From contig DGZL01000166.1 in assembly GCA_002398515.1 (NCBI GenBank), positions 12,885 to 68,340 of the forward strand: 55,456 nucleotides of DNA, written 5' to 3'. Below are positions 1 through 9,830 of this stretch, in pieces. Below the pieces are notes generated by a model that ran no database searches, was not told where the DNA came from, and saw only the letters and a program-made list of their open reading frames with translations. The position numbers and the translations under genes are program-made. Within the stretch, counting starts at the first letter, position 1, and every line of letters begins with the position of its first letter. This DNA comes from Firmicutes bacterium UBA4981. GTDB taxonomy: Bacteria > Bacillota > SHA-98 > UBA4971.

Positions 1-870
1 TATGATGGCAAGATCTACGGCCTGCCGTTTGATGCCTGTCTTCTATTACTGGCCTACAGGGAAGATGTCTATGAAGAGCTGGGGCTGGAAGTGCCTGAAA
101 CATGGGAGGAATACCTGGAGAATGTTAAGATAATTGATGAGAAGTCAAATGTCCGCGGAGTGTCCTTGATGGGCAAAAGAGGACAACCGGTTTTCTATGA
201 GTTCCTACCGTATTTCTGGGGATTTGGCGGAGAGTTCTTTGATAGCAATATGAAACCGACTCTGAACACACCTGAAGGTGTTAAGGCTCTGGAATACATG
301 GTTGAACTGAGCAAGTATGCCCCTGCAGGAGTGCCGACTTTTGGTTGGGAAGAATCTGCAACTGAGTTCCTTCAGGGTCGTGCCGCCCATGCCTTTATCT
401 TCAGCGACTGGGTTCCCGCTCTGAAAGATCCTGAAAGCTGCACTGTCACTAAGACTTGGAATTTCATGAAGACTCCCAAGGGTCCAAGTGAAGGCTCACC
501 TGTGGGAACGATTAACATCGGAATTAACAAAGACATAACTGAGCAGAAGAAAGAAGCAGCCTATCTCTTGCTGAAATGGATTACCGGATATGAAGTCCAG
601 AAAGAACTGGCTGTAATAGGCGGCGCTCCCAGCCGGTTGTCAGTGTTGAATGACCCTGAGTTTGCCACTGAAGAATACAGATACTTTAAGGCCATCAAAG
701 AAACGTTCCCCATAGAAAAAGTACCCATGAAGATTCCGGAATTCTTTAAACTGAACGAAGCGTTATCCGTCCAATTGTCATCAGCGCTTTCCGGGGAGAA
801 GACCCCCAAGAAGGCGTTAGATGATGCTCAGAAGTCCTGGGAAGAGATAATGAAAGAGGCAGGTTATTAA
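1..870 (+). CDS. ABC transporter extracellular solute-binding protein (family 1 / CUT1 sugar type), 5' end outside the window
   Basis: Frame 1 is open from nt 1 (YDGKIYGLPFDACLLLLAYRE...) and runs into the 91..870 ORF. It is directly followed by MalF/MalG-type permease genes. Confidence 0.8.
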   Translation, partial: YDGKIYGLPFDACLLLLAYREDVYEELGLEVPETWEEYLENVKIIDEKSNVRGVSLMGKRGQPVFYEFLPYFWGFGGEFFDSNMKPTLNTPEGVKALEYMVELSKYAPAGVPTFGWEESATEFLQGRAAHAFIFSDWVPALKDPESCTVTKTWNFMKTPKGPSEGSPVGTINIGINKDITEQKKEAAYLLLKWITGYEVQKELAVIGGAPSRLSVLNDPEFATEEYRYFKAIKETFPIEKVPMKIPEFFKLNEALSVQLSSALSGEKTPKKALDDAQKSWEEIMKEAGY

Positions 871-900
871 TATACTGAATTTCGGATGTAAATAGGCCAT

Positions 901-937
901 ATTCCTCCTATGTGTGGATTCCACACATAGGAGGAAT
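901..937 (+). repeat. Perfect 17-bp stem / 3-nt loop inverted repeat between the SBP and permease genes
   Basis: ATTCCTCCTATGTGTGG-att-CCACACATAGGAGGAAT read directly. No T-run follows it. Confidence 0.9.
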
Positions 938-966
938 CCTACTTCGTCTACAGGGAGCGATAGGAA

Positions 967-1842
967 TTGAAGCAGAATAATAAGTTCTTTGCCTTAATAT
1001 CATTGCCCGGCATCATATACCTGCTATCCATTGTCTTATTTCCGATTATATTCACAGTTTATCTGAGTTTTCATAAGTACAACTTTATCGAAACCCCGCT
1101 GAGTAACATTCGTTGGATTGGCCTGGGAAATTACATTACGATTTTCAAGGACAGTACTTTTTGGAATTCAACGCTGAATACCGGAATTTATCTGGTGGTC
1201 GGAGTTGTGGTTGAGTTGGTCATCGGTTTAGGTATAGCTCTCCTCATATTCCGACTGTTTAAGAATCAGAATATCGTTACCTCATTAATACTGTTGCCTT
1301 CAATGATGGCGCCGATTGTAATAGGACTTGTCTTCAGATTCATGTTCAATCCCCAATTCGGTGTTTTCGATTTTATATTATCAAAGATGGGTCTTGTAGT
1401 TGCGAACTCCGTCTTGGGAAACAGGTCCACAGCTCTCTTGGGAATAATTTTCGCTGATATTTGGCAATGGACTCCCTTCATAGCCATTATTATTCTTTCC
1501 GGGCTGATTGCCTTACCGCATGAACCTTTTGAGGCAGCCAGGATTGACGGGGCAAACGGTCTTGAAATTTTAACCAACATAACCTTGCCCTTATTAAGAC
1601 CGGTACTGACGGTTGCCATCTTAATAAGAATAGCAGACATAGTTAGAGAATTCGACAAGATATTTGTCATGACATATGGAGGACCGGGCGCAGCATCTGA
1701 GGTACTGAATTTCACGGCTTACAGAATAAACTACATAAACTTCGATATGGGTGTAGGCTCTGCTTATGTAGTTGTCATTTTTGCTATTGTAATACTACTT
1801 AGCGTAGCAGTATTCAAAACCTTCTATGTAAATGAATTCTGA
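967..1842 (+). CDS. ABC sugar transporter permease (MalF/UgpA-like)
   Basis: 291 aa with multiple hydrophobic spans. Conserved EAA-type loop EAARIDGANGLEILTNITLPLLRP. TTG start. Confidence 0.85.
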   Translation: MKQNNKFFALISLPGIIYLLSIVLFPIIFTVYLSFHKYNFIETPLSNIRWIGLGNYITIFKDSTFWNSTLNTGIYLVVGVVVELVIGLGIALLIFRLFKNQNIVTSLILLPSMMAPIVIGLVFRFMFNPQFGVFDFILSKMGLVVANSVLGNRSTALLGIIFADIWQWTPFIAIIILSGLIALPHEPFEAARIDGANGLEILTNITLPLLRPVLTVAILIRIADIVREFDKIFVMTYGGPGAASEVLNFTAYRINYINFDMGVGSAYVVVIFAIVILLSVAVFKTFYVNEF

Positions 1843-1862
1843 GAAATCGGGAGGAGTTTTCT

Positions 1863-2696
1863 ATGGACCATAGACGCAGAAAAGCAATACAGAAATGTCT
1901 TCAGGTGTCTGTTATAGCCATAGTCTTGCTATTGTTTCTGTTCCCTATAATCTGGACCTTTATCACATCGATTAAAGATAACGTTACAGCGTGGAGTATG
2001 CCTCCGAGAATATTCTTTAGCCCCTCAGCAAGCAATTATGTTGAGATCTTTAAGGAGAGAGGTTTGCATCACAACATAAAGAACAGTATTATTGTGGCTT
2101 TGGGCGCTACTGCGATTTCTTTGGTTTTAGGCACTCCGCTGGCATATATGTTTGCCAGGACCAGGTATCGATTCAACAACTTCCTGTTCATCTTCGTGTT
2201 TGCCTCGTATATCCTACCGCCGATTGTTTTAAGTATCCCCTTGTATGTAGCTGCGGCAAGGGTCGGGCTGTTAAACACCTATCTTGTGGTTATCTTGGCC
2301 CATTCTTCGTTCTGTATGGCCTTTACCGTATGGATGCTGAGAGGGTTCTTTGAAGAGATTCCTGTGGAGATTGAAGAATGCGCCAAGGTCGACGGGTGCA
2401 GTAATCTCATGACTTTGTTCAAGGTTACCCTTCCTATAGCCAGACCCGGGCTGGTCGCGACGGTGATATTCTGCATAATCCTGTCATGGAATGATTTCAT
2501 GTATGCTCTGGTTTTGACCGGTATGGATACTAGGACTCTTCCTGTGGCTGTAGGCCAATTCCTTACACCCCACGGAATGTTTTGGGGGCAAATGTGCGCT
2601 GCAGGCATTGTAGCCACAGCGCCGGTCTTGGTATTTTCTTTATTCTTCCAAAGGTATTTGATCAGGGGTATGACAGCCGGGGCCGTCAAGGGTTGA
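1863..2696 (+). CDS. ABC sugar transporter permease (MalG/UgpE-like)
   Basis: 277 aa, hydrophobic. EAA loop ECAKVDGCSNLMTLFKVTLPIARPG. Confidence 0.85.
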   Translation: MDHRRRKAIQKCLQVSVIAIVLLLFLFPIIWTFITSIKDNVTAWSMPPRIFFSPSASNYVEIFKERGLHHNIKNSIIVALGATAISLVLGTPLAYMFARTRYRFNNFLFIFVFASYILPPIVLSIPLYVAAARVGLLNTYLVVILAHSSFCMAFTVWMLRGFFEEIPVEIEECAKVDGCSNLMTLFKVTLPIARPGLVATVIFCIILSWNDFMYALVLTGMDTRTLPVAVGQFLTPHGMFWGQMCAAGIVATAPVLVFSLFFQRYLIRGMTAGAVKG

Positions 2697-2713
2697 CCTA
2701 AGGAGGGACGAAA

Positions 2714-4240
2714 TTGGGAAAAGGGAAAATACTGATCTACGATTTTGGAACTACCGCAGTCAAGACTGTCCTATTTGATGAGAACATCCAAATACTTGAT
2801 GTAATTACGACAGAGTTAAGTTACGATTACCCTGAAGACAGGTATGTGGAATTTGACGCTGAGACTTATTGGGAGATAGCTGTTAATACAGCTAAAGAGA
2901 TCATCACCCAAAATCAATGTCAGGATTCACTGGAAATCATATCCATAGCCAGTCAGGCTGAGACTGTAATCCCTGTTGACAGCAAAGGGAATTGCTTGAG
3001 AAAAGCCATGGTCTGGTTGGATACCAGGGCTGTTAAGGAAAATGACGATCTGAAAAACAGTATCGACGTCCATTCATTTTATCATATAACCGGATTAAAT
3101 GATATGGACCCGATTTGGCCGATAAACAAGATAAAGTGGCTTAAAAACAATGAGCCGCAACTCTATTCTGATACCGCCAAGTTCTTACTCTTAAAAGACT
3201 ATGTTCTTTTCAAACTCACCGGCGAATTTGTGACCGATCCTTCTATCTGTTCTTTTTCAGGCTACTTTGATATCGGTAAGAAGGAGTGGTCACAGAGATT
3301 ACTTGACATTGCAGAACTGGACGCAAATAAACTGCCTCGACTTGAAGAGTCAGAGGAGATTATCGGAACACTGAGACCGGAAGTCCAAAAGATGTTCGGT
3401 CTCGAACGGCCGATTCAAGTAATGAATGGAATGCTGGATCAAAGTGGTTCTGCAATCGGCGCCGGAAATATCGAAGAAGGTTACCTGACCGAGACGACAG
3501 GTACGGTTCTGGCTTTGGCCAGCACAATTCGGAATCTGGATTCATTGGATTTACATGACAGAGTTCCCATAGTGTGTCATGGAGTAGCCGATAAGTATTT
3601 GGCTCTGACTTTTTGTCAGACTGCCGGTATACTCCTGAAATGGTTTAGAGATAACTTCTGCGAAATAGAAATCCAGGAAGCAGCCAGAAGCAATAAAGAT
3701 GTCTATGACATCTTGACTGAGAAAGCAAGACCGGATTCGATAAACAAAAGACTGATAATCCTGCCTCACTTTGGCGGCGCCACAAGCCCGGTTGTTAATC
3801 CGGACGCTTCAGGGGTTATCTTCGGATTGAATCTGGACACCAATAAAGGCGACATAGTCAAGGGTATTATGGAAAGTGTGGCTTTCTTGCTTAAGGAAAA
3901 CTATACTTTTCTGCTGAACAATGGATTTCACATTGATAAGGTGAGATCCCTCGGCGGGGGCGCCAAGAGTCCTTTTTGGCTGCAAATAAAGAGCGATGTT
4001 TTGAACAGGGAGTTTGAGACAATAGAGAGTGAAGAATCGACTTCCCGGGGCTGCGCATTTTTGGCAGGAAAACAGTTGGGGCTTTATGACGACCTTGGTG
4101 AGATCTGTCGAAAGATCAAGACCAAAGATTGTTACAGACCTGATCCTCGGAAAGTTGAGACATATGAACAGAAGTATCGTTTATATCTGGATCTATATAG
4201 TTCCCTGGGTGAGGTATTTGAGAAATCCAGTCGCTATTAG
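2714..4240 (+). CDS. FGGY-family carbohydrate kinase (xylulokinase/ketose kinase-like)
   Basis: 508 aa. N-terminal YDFGTTAVKTVLFD phosphate-1 motif. C-terminal GGGAKSPFWLQIKSDVLNREF ... SRGCAFLAG, typical of FGGY kinases. Confidence 0.85.
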   Translation: MGKGKILIYDFGTTAVKTVLFDENIQILDVITTELSYDYPEDRYVEFDAETYWEIAVNTAKEIITQNQCQDSLEIISIASQAETVIPVDSKGNCLRKAMVWLDTRAVKENDDLKNSIDVHSFYHITGLNDMDPIWPINKIKWLKNNEPQLYSDTAKFLLLKDYVLFKLTGEFVTDPSICSFSGYFDIGKKEWSQRLLDIAELDANKLPRLEESEEIIGTLRPEVQKMFGLERPIQVMNGMLDQSGSAIGAGNIEEGYLTETTGTVLALASTIRNLDSLDLHDRVPIVCHGVADKYLALTFCQTAGILLKWFRDNFCEIEIQEAARSNKDVYDILTEKARPDSINKRLIILPHFGGATSPVVNPDASGVIFGLNLDTNKGDIVKGIMESVAFLLKENYTFLLNNGFHIDKVRSLGGGAKSPFWLQIKSDVLNREFETIESEESTSRGCAFLAGKQLGLYDDLGEICRKIKTKDCYRPDPRKVETYEQKYRLYLDLYSSLGEVFEKSSRY

Positions 4241-4271
4241 GATATACATTTAGAGGAAGAGGTGTAGACGA

Positions 4272-5291
4272 ATGAAGGCAGTTGTTTTCGAGGCACCAAA
4301 TGCGCTCAAAATAAAAGAGGTGAAAACACCCAGAGCCGGAGATAATGAGGTTGTTGTCAAGGTAGAAGCAAGCGGTGTTTGTGCTTCAGATATTCATATC
4401 CTAAAAGGAGACTTCATAGGCAGTGATCCGTACCCTTTGATTCCAGGCCATGAGTTCACCGGGACAATTGTTGAAAAGGGCAAGAACGTCAAGAATTTCG
4501 ATGTGAATGACCCGGTTGCCATAGACCCGGTAATACCGTGTGGTAAGTGTTACTACTGCAAGAGGAATGAGCAAAACCACTGTATCAACTTTAATGGGCT
4601 GGGGGATACCATTGCAGGCGGATTCGCCGAGTATGTGCTTGTCCCGGAAGCGAATCTATTCCACTTTGAGAACGTGTCTTTTGAGGAAGCTTCTCTGGCT
4701 GAGCCATTGGCTTGCGTGCTTTATGGTCATAAGCGGGCGCCTGTCCATTTAGGTGATGATGTCCTGATATTTGGGGCAGGGTCTCTTGGACTGTTACACT
4801 TGCAGGTAGCCAGACACAGCGGAGCTGCGAATATTACTGTCTGTGATCTGAAGAAGGACAAATTGGCACTGGCCGGAGAGCTTGGAGCAGACTATGTCAT
4901 AAATCCCCGTGAAGAGGAAGAAGACTCCGCACTAAAATATTCGCCTCAGGGATATGATGTGGTTATTGATGCAACCGGATCGCCGAGAGTTGTTGAGAAT
5001 GCAGTTAAGTTCGTCAAGAACAAGGGCACGTTGATGGTTTTCGGTGTTTGTCCTCAAGATGCTACGATTACCATATCTCCTTATGAGATCTATCGTAGGG
5101 ACATAAACATCGTAGGTGTCTTTGCTCTGAACCGCACCTTCGGAGAGTCAATTAAGTTGATTGATAAGGGAGTAATCAATACTAAGAGGGTAATATCAGA
5201 TATCTTCCCTCTTGAGAAACTGCCTTTAGCTCTTGAGATGATTGAAAACGGAGAGGCCGGAGGAAAGATCGTAATAAAACCCCATCTATAG
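4272..5291 (+). CDS. Zn-dependent medium-chain dehydrogenase (sorbitol / polyol / threonine dehydrogenase-like)
   Basis: 339 aa. Catalytic GHEFTGTIVEKG, structural-zinc cysteine cluster CGKCYYCKRNEQNHC, Rossmann motif GAGSLG. Confidence 0.85.
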   Translation: MKAVVFEAPNALKIKEVKTPRAGDNEVVVKVEASGVCASDIHILKGDFIGSDPYPLIPGHEFTGTIVEKGKNVKNFDVNDPVAIDPVIPCGKCYYCKRNEQNHCINFNGLGDTIAGGFAEYVLVPEANLFHFENVSFEEASLAEPLACVLYGHKRAPVHLGDDVLIFGAGSLGLLHLQVARHSGAANITVCDLKKDKLALAGELGADYVINPREEEEDSALKYSPQGYDVVIDATGSPRVVENAVKFVKNKGTLMVFGVCPQDATITISPYEIYRRDINIVGVFALNRTFGESIKLIDKGVINTKRVISDIFPLEKLPLALEMIENGEAGGKIVIKPHL

Positions 5292-5301
5292 ACAAGATAG
5301 T

Positions 5302-6021
5302 TTGACGAGGAGGATTCTTGCCTTGTACAAAGGTTTTGAAGTCAAACCGCCGTTTTTTGAAATTGGGCCGAAGGCTTATCTGTACGGTGAGGAATTGCTG
5401 AAGCTGGCAAAGGTTGCGGATAGAGCTGCCCAAGAGTATGACGTAAGAATAATCATGACTCCCCAATACACTGACATAAGTATGTTGGCAAGAGAAACCG
5501 AGAATCTGCTTGTCTTTGCCCAGCATATGGACGCTCTTCCAATAGGCAAAGGCCTTGGGTCCGTTCTTCCTGAGGCGGTTAAGGCTGCCGGTGCAGTAGG
5601 GGTAATGCTCAATCATGCGGAAAAGCCGATGACTGTTTCAGAACTTTATAAAGCAATCAGGCGGGCTGATGAGGTAGGACTGGTTTCAATTGTTTGTGCT
5701 GATTCCATTGCCGAAGCTGCGGCCATTGCTCATTTTGCACCGAATATCATAGTAGCTGAGCCTACGGAACTCATCGGTACAGGGCAAACAAGTGATGAGG
5801 AATATGTGCTCATGACTACGGCTGCGATAAAGGCTGTAAATCCGGAAGTACAGGTGTTGCAAGGGGCAGGAATCAGCTCCGGTGAAGATGTTTACAGGGT
5901 GATTAAAGCAGGCGCTGAAGGAACAGGATCTACAAGCGGTATCATTAAAGCCGACGATCCTGAGGCAATGATTTGCGAGATGATAAGTGCTGTACGCGCT
6001 GCATGGGATGAATGCCATTGA
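5302..6021 (+). CDS. Short triosephosphate-isomerase-family protein (TIM paralogue, probably a sugar-phosphate isomerase)
   Basis: MLNHAEKP (NHSE-type motif) and AEPTELIGTG (catalytic Glu plus IGTG) match TIM signatures. The size is that of the short archaeal-type TIMs. The real start may be TTG 5323, 9 nt after AGGAGG. Confidence 0.7.
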   Translation: MTRRILALYKGFEVKPPFFEIGPKAYLYGEELLKLAKVADRAAQEYDVRIIMTPQYTDISMLARETENLLVFAQHMDALPIGKGLGSVLPEAVKAAGAVGVMLNHAEKPMTVSELYKAIRRADEVGLVSIVCADSIAEAAAIAHFAPNIIVAEPTELIGTGQTSDEEYVLMTTAAIKAVNPEVQVLQGAGISSGEDVYRVIKAGAEGTGSTSGIIKADDPEAMICEMISAVRAAWDECH

Positions 6022-6084
6022 CAGTTCCACAGGTTTCTATACTCTAAAGAACTCTATTTTGACTGGGACAAGGAGGAAAACAAC

Positions 6085-6585
6085 GTGGCAGTTTATCGAG
6101 ACATAATTAACCTACAGTCAGAAATCTTGAATCCGACTTTTCATGATGTTACAGATGAGGTAAAGAAAATCGTCAAAGAGTCCGGTATAAAGAATGGTAT
6201 TTGCGTTGTCTATTCGCATCACACTACGTGTAGTGTGATGACTCAAGAGAATTCACACGATACCAATCATTGGGGGCTGGAATTCCTCCAACAAGATCTA
6301 TGCAATATTATGGAGAAACTCATTCCGACATGTAGAACGGAAGGTCAATATATGCATCCCGGGCCAAAGCATATTGAATTTGCTGAGAAAACCGTTTGCG
6401 AGGATGGTAAGTATAGCCTCAATACTGACGCTCATCTTCGCTCAGTGTTTTTTGGCCGTTCAGAGACTATTATCATTGCTGACGGCGAGCTACAGCTTGG
6501 CCAATTTGGGTATATATACTTTGTTGACTGGGATCAAGTTCGTGCCCGCAAGAGGGTCTGCCAGGTTCAAATCATAGGTGAGTAA
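6085..6585 (+). CDS. YjbQ / UPF0047 family protein (secondary thiamine-phosphate synthase family)
   Basis: 166 aa. SHHTTCSV and NTDAHLRSVFFGRSETIIIADGELQLGQFGYIYFVDWD match the UPF0047 signature. GTG start after an AGGAGG-like site. Confidence 0.75.
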   Translation: MAVYRDIINLQSEILNPTFHDVTDEVKKIVKESGIKNGICVVYSHHTTCSVMTQENSHDTNHWGLEFLQQDLCNIMEKLIPTCRTEGQYMHPGPKHIEFAEKTVCEDGKYSLNTDAHLRSVFFGRSETIIIADGELQLGQFGYIYFVDWDQVRARKRVCQVQIIGE

Positions 6586-6644
6586 CCCTCGAGTCATTTC
6601 ATAGCATGTAGGTTTGCCATTCGATAATGTGGGAGGACTTGATA

Positions 6645-7244
6645 ATGACAGAGCAGGCGTTGGAGTTGGCGATAGCTTCCATAGAGATCGAAAGCAAGGC
6701 CGTATCCGATATCCTGGGATATCTGGATAAAGAGCAATTCATGAGAGCAGTGGAAGCAATAAGCAAGTGTTCTAAGGTCATAACTTGTGGTAGCGGGTCT
6801 TCAGGCATTGCTGCAAAGAAGTTTGCTCACTCTCTCTGCTGTGTTGAAAAGAGCGCCCATTTTCTTTCCCCGGCTGAAGCGGTGCATGGAGGACTTGGTT
6901 GTGTAAAGAAAGATGATGTAGTTATATTCGTATCACGCGGAGGCAGAACTGTTGAATTACTGCCCATAATTGACGTATGTGAAAGAAAAGGCGCCACTAT
7001 TATCGCAATCACAGAGAACCTGGATTCGCCGCTGGCAAGAACCGCTGATATTATCGTTCAACTTAAGATTGAAAAGGAGAGCGACAAGTTCAACGTAATG
7101 GCTACCTCAAGTTTCATTGCAACAATTGCAATGTTTGATGCCATCTTGGTAGCGATTATGGAGGTAACAGATTATCAGTTGGATCAATTTGCACCAATTC
7201 ACCCGGGGGGCGCCGTCGGAGCAAGGCTTAATCCTATTAAGTGA
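6645..7244 (+). CDS. SIS-domain sugar-phosphate isomerase/binding protein (KpsF/GutQ/PHI-like)
   Basis: CGSGSSGIAAKKFAHSL and VVIFVSRGGRT..IIAIT are SIS motifs. ATG 6645 lies 7 nt after GGGAGGA. The ORF-track start 6627 overlaps that RBS. Confidence 0.75.
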   Translation: MTEQALELAIASIEIESKAVSDILGYLDKEQFMRAVEAISKCSKVITCGSGSSGIAAKKFAHSLCCVEKSAHFLSPAEAVHGGLGCVKKDDVVIFVSRGGRTVELLPIIDVCERKGATIIAITENLDSPLARTADIIVQLKIEKESDKFNVMATSSFIATIAMFDAILVAIMEVTDYQLDQFAPIHPGGAVGARLNPIK

Positions 7245-7394
7245 AAAACGTTTAACCTCTTTACTGTTTTCTGTTGGCATAATAGAGGAAACTTGTGATA
7301 CCATGTTGAACATATATATGGTATGCTAAAACCTGCTCCTAACTGCCGAAACAAGAGTTGGAGTGGGTATGTTGTTGTAGGGGAGTCAGAAATC

Positions 7395-8813
7395 ATGCGA
7401 GGATTTCAAGCTATTGTTCTCGCTGCCGGCCTTGGAACAAGAATGCGGTCAAGACTACCGAAAGTTGTCCACGAAATCTGTGGGAAGCCCATGATTACGT
7501 TGGTCCTCGACGCTTTGGAGGCTGCCGGGGCGGAACGCACTCTTGTTGTGGTAGGGCACTTGGCGGAGCTTGTTGAGGAAATTGTGGGCGCGAGGGCGGT
7601 TTGTGTTCTTCAGGCTGAGCAAAAGGGAACCGGCCATGCTGTCATGCAGGCTAAAGACGCGCTTTCCGCATATGAAGGCCGGGTGGTGGTGGCTGCGGGA
7701 GACGCCGCCTACCTGACTGAATCCGACCTGTCATCCCTTGTCAATCACCATCAAAGAACAAAGGCTTCAGCAACTCTGTTATCATCAATTCTGGAAGACC
7801 CATTCGGTTATGGGCGGGTGGTGCGTGAGGCTTCAGGACGGATACGGCGGATTGTCGAAGAGAAAGACTGCTCACCTGAGGAAGCCTTGATATGCGAAGT
7901 CAACAGCTCTGTCTACTGCTTCGAAAAACGCGACTTATTTGACGCCCTTTCCCGTATTACTCCCGATAACGTTCAGGGAGAATACTATCTGACAGATGTG
8001 ATCGAAGTAATGATAAAGGAAGGCCTTCGTGTTGAAGCTATAGTCTCTGAAGACCCCCTGGCCGCACACGGCATCAATACTAGAGTCCAACTGGCAGAGG
8101 CTGAGAGGATCTTCAGGGATAGAATACGAGAGCGCCTTATGCTCTCCGGTGTCACTATGGTGGATCCGGCAACTACGTTTGTGGACTTTGATGTCTCCAT
8201 AGGACAAGATACGAAAATCTTACCGTTTTCAGTAATTCAGGGGAAGACAGTTATCGGTGAAAACTGCACAATCGGGCCTTTTGTACGCATTTTTGACTCA
8301 AAGGTATCTGACGGGGCTTCTATAAGTAATGCTGTTGTCATTGAAGCTGAGGTGGGCAAAGACGTATCTGTAGGCCCTTACGCGTATCTTCGTACAGGGA
8401 CTGTCCTTGCTGAGCGCTCTAAGGTCGGGACTTTTGTTGAGGTGAAAAAGTCAACTGTAGGAAAAGGCAGCAAAGTTCCTCACCAGACATATCTTGGTGA
8501 CGCAACAGTGGGCGAAGGGGTTAACATAGGAGCAGGAACCATAACCTGTAACTATGACGGACATAACAAGTACCCCACGATTATTTCAGACGGAGCATTT
8601 GTGGGCAGTAACACTAACTTTGTGGCACCTGTAGAAATTGGCAGGGGAGCTTATATCGCTGCAGGTTCCACTATCACAGAAGATGTGCCTGAAGGAGCCC
8701 TTGGAATAGCCCGTGGAAAGCAGAAGAACATCCAGGGCTGGGCAGACAAAAGGCATGGGAAGAGCAGAAAATCGGGTTCTGTAGAAGATTCCGGCGGAAC
8801 CTGCGATATATAG
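7395..8813 (+). CDS. glmU: Bifunctional UDP-N-acetylglucosamine pyrophosphorylase / glucosamine-1-phosphate N-acetyltransferase
   Basis: N-terminal AIVLAAGLGTRMRS...PKVVH nucleotidyltransferase motif. C-terminal left-handed beta-helix hexapeptide repeats (VGEGVNIGAGTITCNYDG). Sits in the glmU-prs-ctc-pth order. ATG 7395 is preceded by GGGGAG. Confidence 0.9.
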   Translation: MRGFQAIVLAAGLGTRMRSRLPKVVHEICGKPMITLVLDALEAAGAERTLVVVGHLAELVEEIVGARAVCVLQAEQKGTGHAVMQAKDALSAYEGRVVVAAGDAAYLTESDLSSLVNHHQRTKASATLLSSILEDPFGYGRVVREASGRIRRIVEEKDCSPEEALICEVNSSVYCFEKRDLFDALSRITPDNVQGEYYLTDVIEVMIKEGLRVEAIVSEDPLAAHGINTRVQLAEAERIFRDRIRERLMLSGVTMVDPATTFVDFDVSIGQDTKILPFSVIQGKTVIGENCTIGPFVRIFDSKVSDGASISNAVVIEAEVGKDVSVGPYAYLRTGTVLAERSKVGTFVEVKKSTVGKGSKVPHQTYLGDATVGEGVNIGAGTITCNYDGHNKYPTIISDGAFVGSNTNFVAPVEIGRGAYIAAGSTITEDVPEGALGIARGKQKNIQGWADKRHGKSRKSGSVEDSGGTCDI

Positions 8814-8826
8814 GAGGGCTTGCGCA

Positions 8827-9801
8827 ATGAATGATAGCGGCGGGGTGCACCTAATATTACCGTCCTACAAGAGGCTGAAGTTGTTTACGGGGCTGGCTCA
8901 TCCTGAGCTTGCCTTCGAAATTGCTGCACACCTTGGCATAGGAGTCTCTGCTATGAGGGTGGACAGGTTCAAGGACGGCGAGATACGAGTAGGTATAGAC
9001 GAGACAGTCAGGGGTGTGGATTGCTTCTTAGTACAGCCTACTTGCCCACCGGTGAATGAGAATCTAATGGAGCTACTGATCATTGTCGATGCCATGCGTC
9101 GAGCATCTGCAAAAACGGTAACTGCAGTGATCCCGTACTACGGCTATGCAAGACAGGACAGGAAGGCTAAAGCCAGAGACCCGATTACCGCCAAATTAGT
9201 CGCTAACCTCCTTGTTACGGCAGGATGTGACAGGATACTGACAATAGACCTCCATGCCGGACAGGTCCAAGGTTTCTTCGATATTCCTGTCGACCCTTTG
9301 CTTGGCATGCCTATTCTGGTAAAATACGTTAGGGATTCCGGCCTTTCCAATTGTGTTATCGCATCTCCCGACATAGGGGGAACGGTACGAGCGCGGGCAA
9401 TGGCAGAGAAACTAGGCGTTGGCTTGGTAGTCATTGACAAAAGGCGTCCTGCGCCCAATATTTCAGAAGTGATGAACATTATTGGAGATGCAAAAGGTAA
9501 GACTGTTATACTAGTTGATGATATAATTGATACCGGTGGCACAATTGTCCAAGCAGCTGAGGCTCTGCATAATGCAGGAGCAAAACAGGTATTTGCAGCG
9601 TGTACCCACGCCCTCCTATCCGGGCAGGCAAGGGACAATTTGTCAGCATCGGTTCTTGAGAAGATAATTGTTACGAATACTATACCGCTGAGTGAATCCA
9701 AACGTCCTGAGAGAACTGAAGTCCTGTCAGTAGCACCTCTTTTGGGAGAGGCGATCAAGCGCATTTACCAGGACCTCCCGGTCTCTACGTTATTCGAGTA
9801 G
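8827..9801 (+). CDS. prs: Ribose-phosphate pyrophosphokinase
   Basis: YYGYARQDRK, DLHAGQVQGFFDIPVD and the PRPP-binding loop ILVDDIIDTGGT. Confidence 0.92.
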   Translation: MNDSGGVHLILPSYKRLKLFTGLAHPELAFEIAAHLGIGVSAMRVDRFKDGEIRVGIDETVRGVDCFLVQPTCPPVNENLMELLIIVDAMRRASAKTVTAVIPYYGYARQDRKAKARDPITAKLVANLLVTAGCDRILTIDLHAGQVQGFFDIPVDPLLGMPILVKYVRDSGLSNCVIASPDIGGTVRARAMAEKLGVGLVVIDKRRPAPNISEVMNIIGDAKGKTVILVDDIIDTGGTIVQAAEALHNAGAKQVFAACTHALLSGQARDNLSASVLEKIIVTNTIPLSESKRPERTEVLSVAPLLGEAIKRIYQDLPVSTLFE

Positions 9802-9830
9802 GCGGCACGGTTAGAAGGAGTTGACACGAA

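Noticed and set aside
7245-7394. Promoter or riboswitch upstream of glmU (ATACCAT...ATGGTAT inverted repeat, TTGGCA/TTGAAC boxes)
   Set aside because: No -35/-10 pair has acceptable spacing and sequence, and nothing resembles a glmS-type ribozyme, which would in any case belong to glmS rather than glmU.
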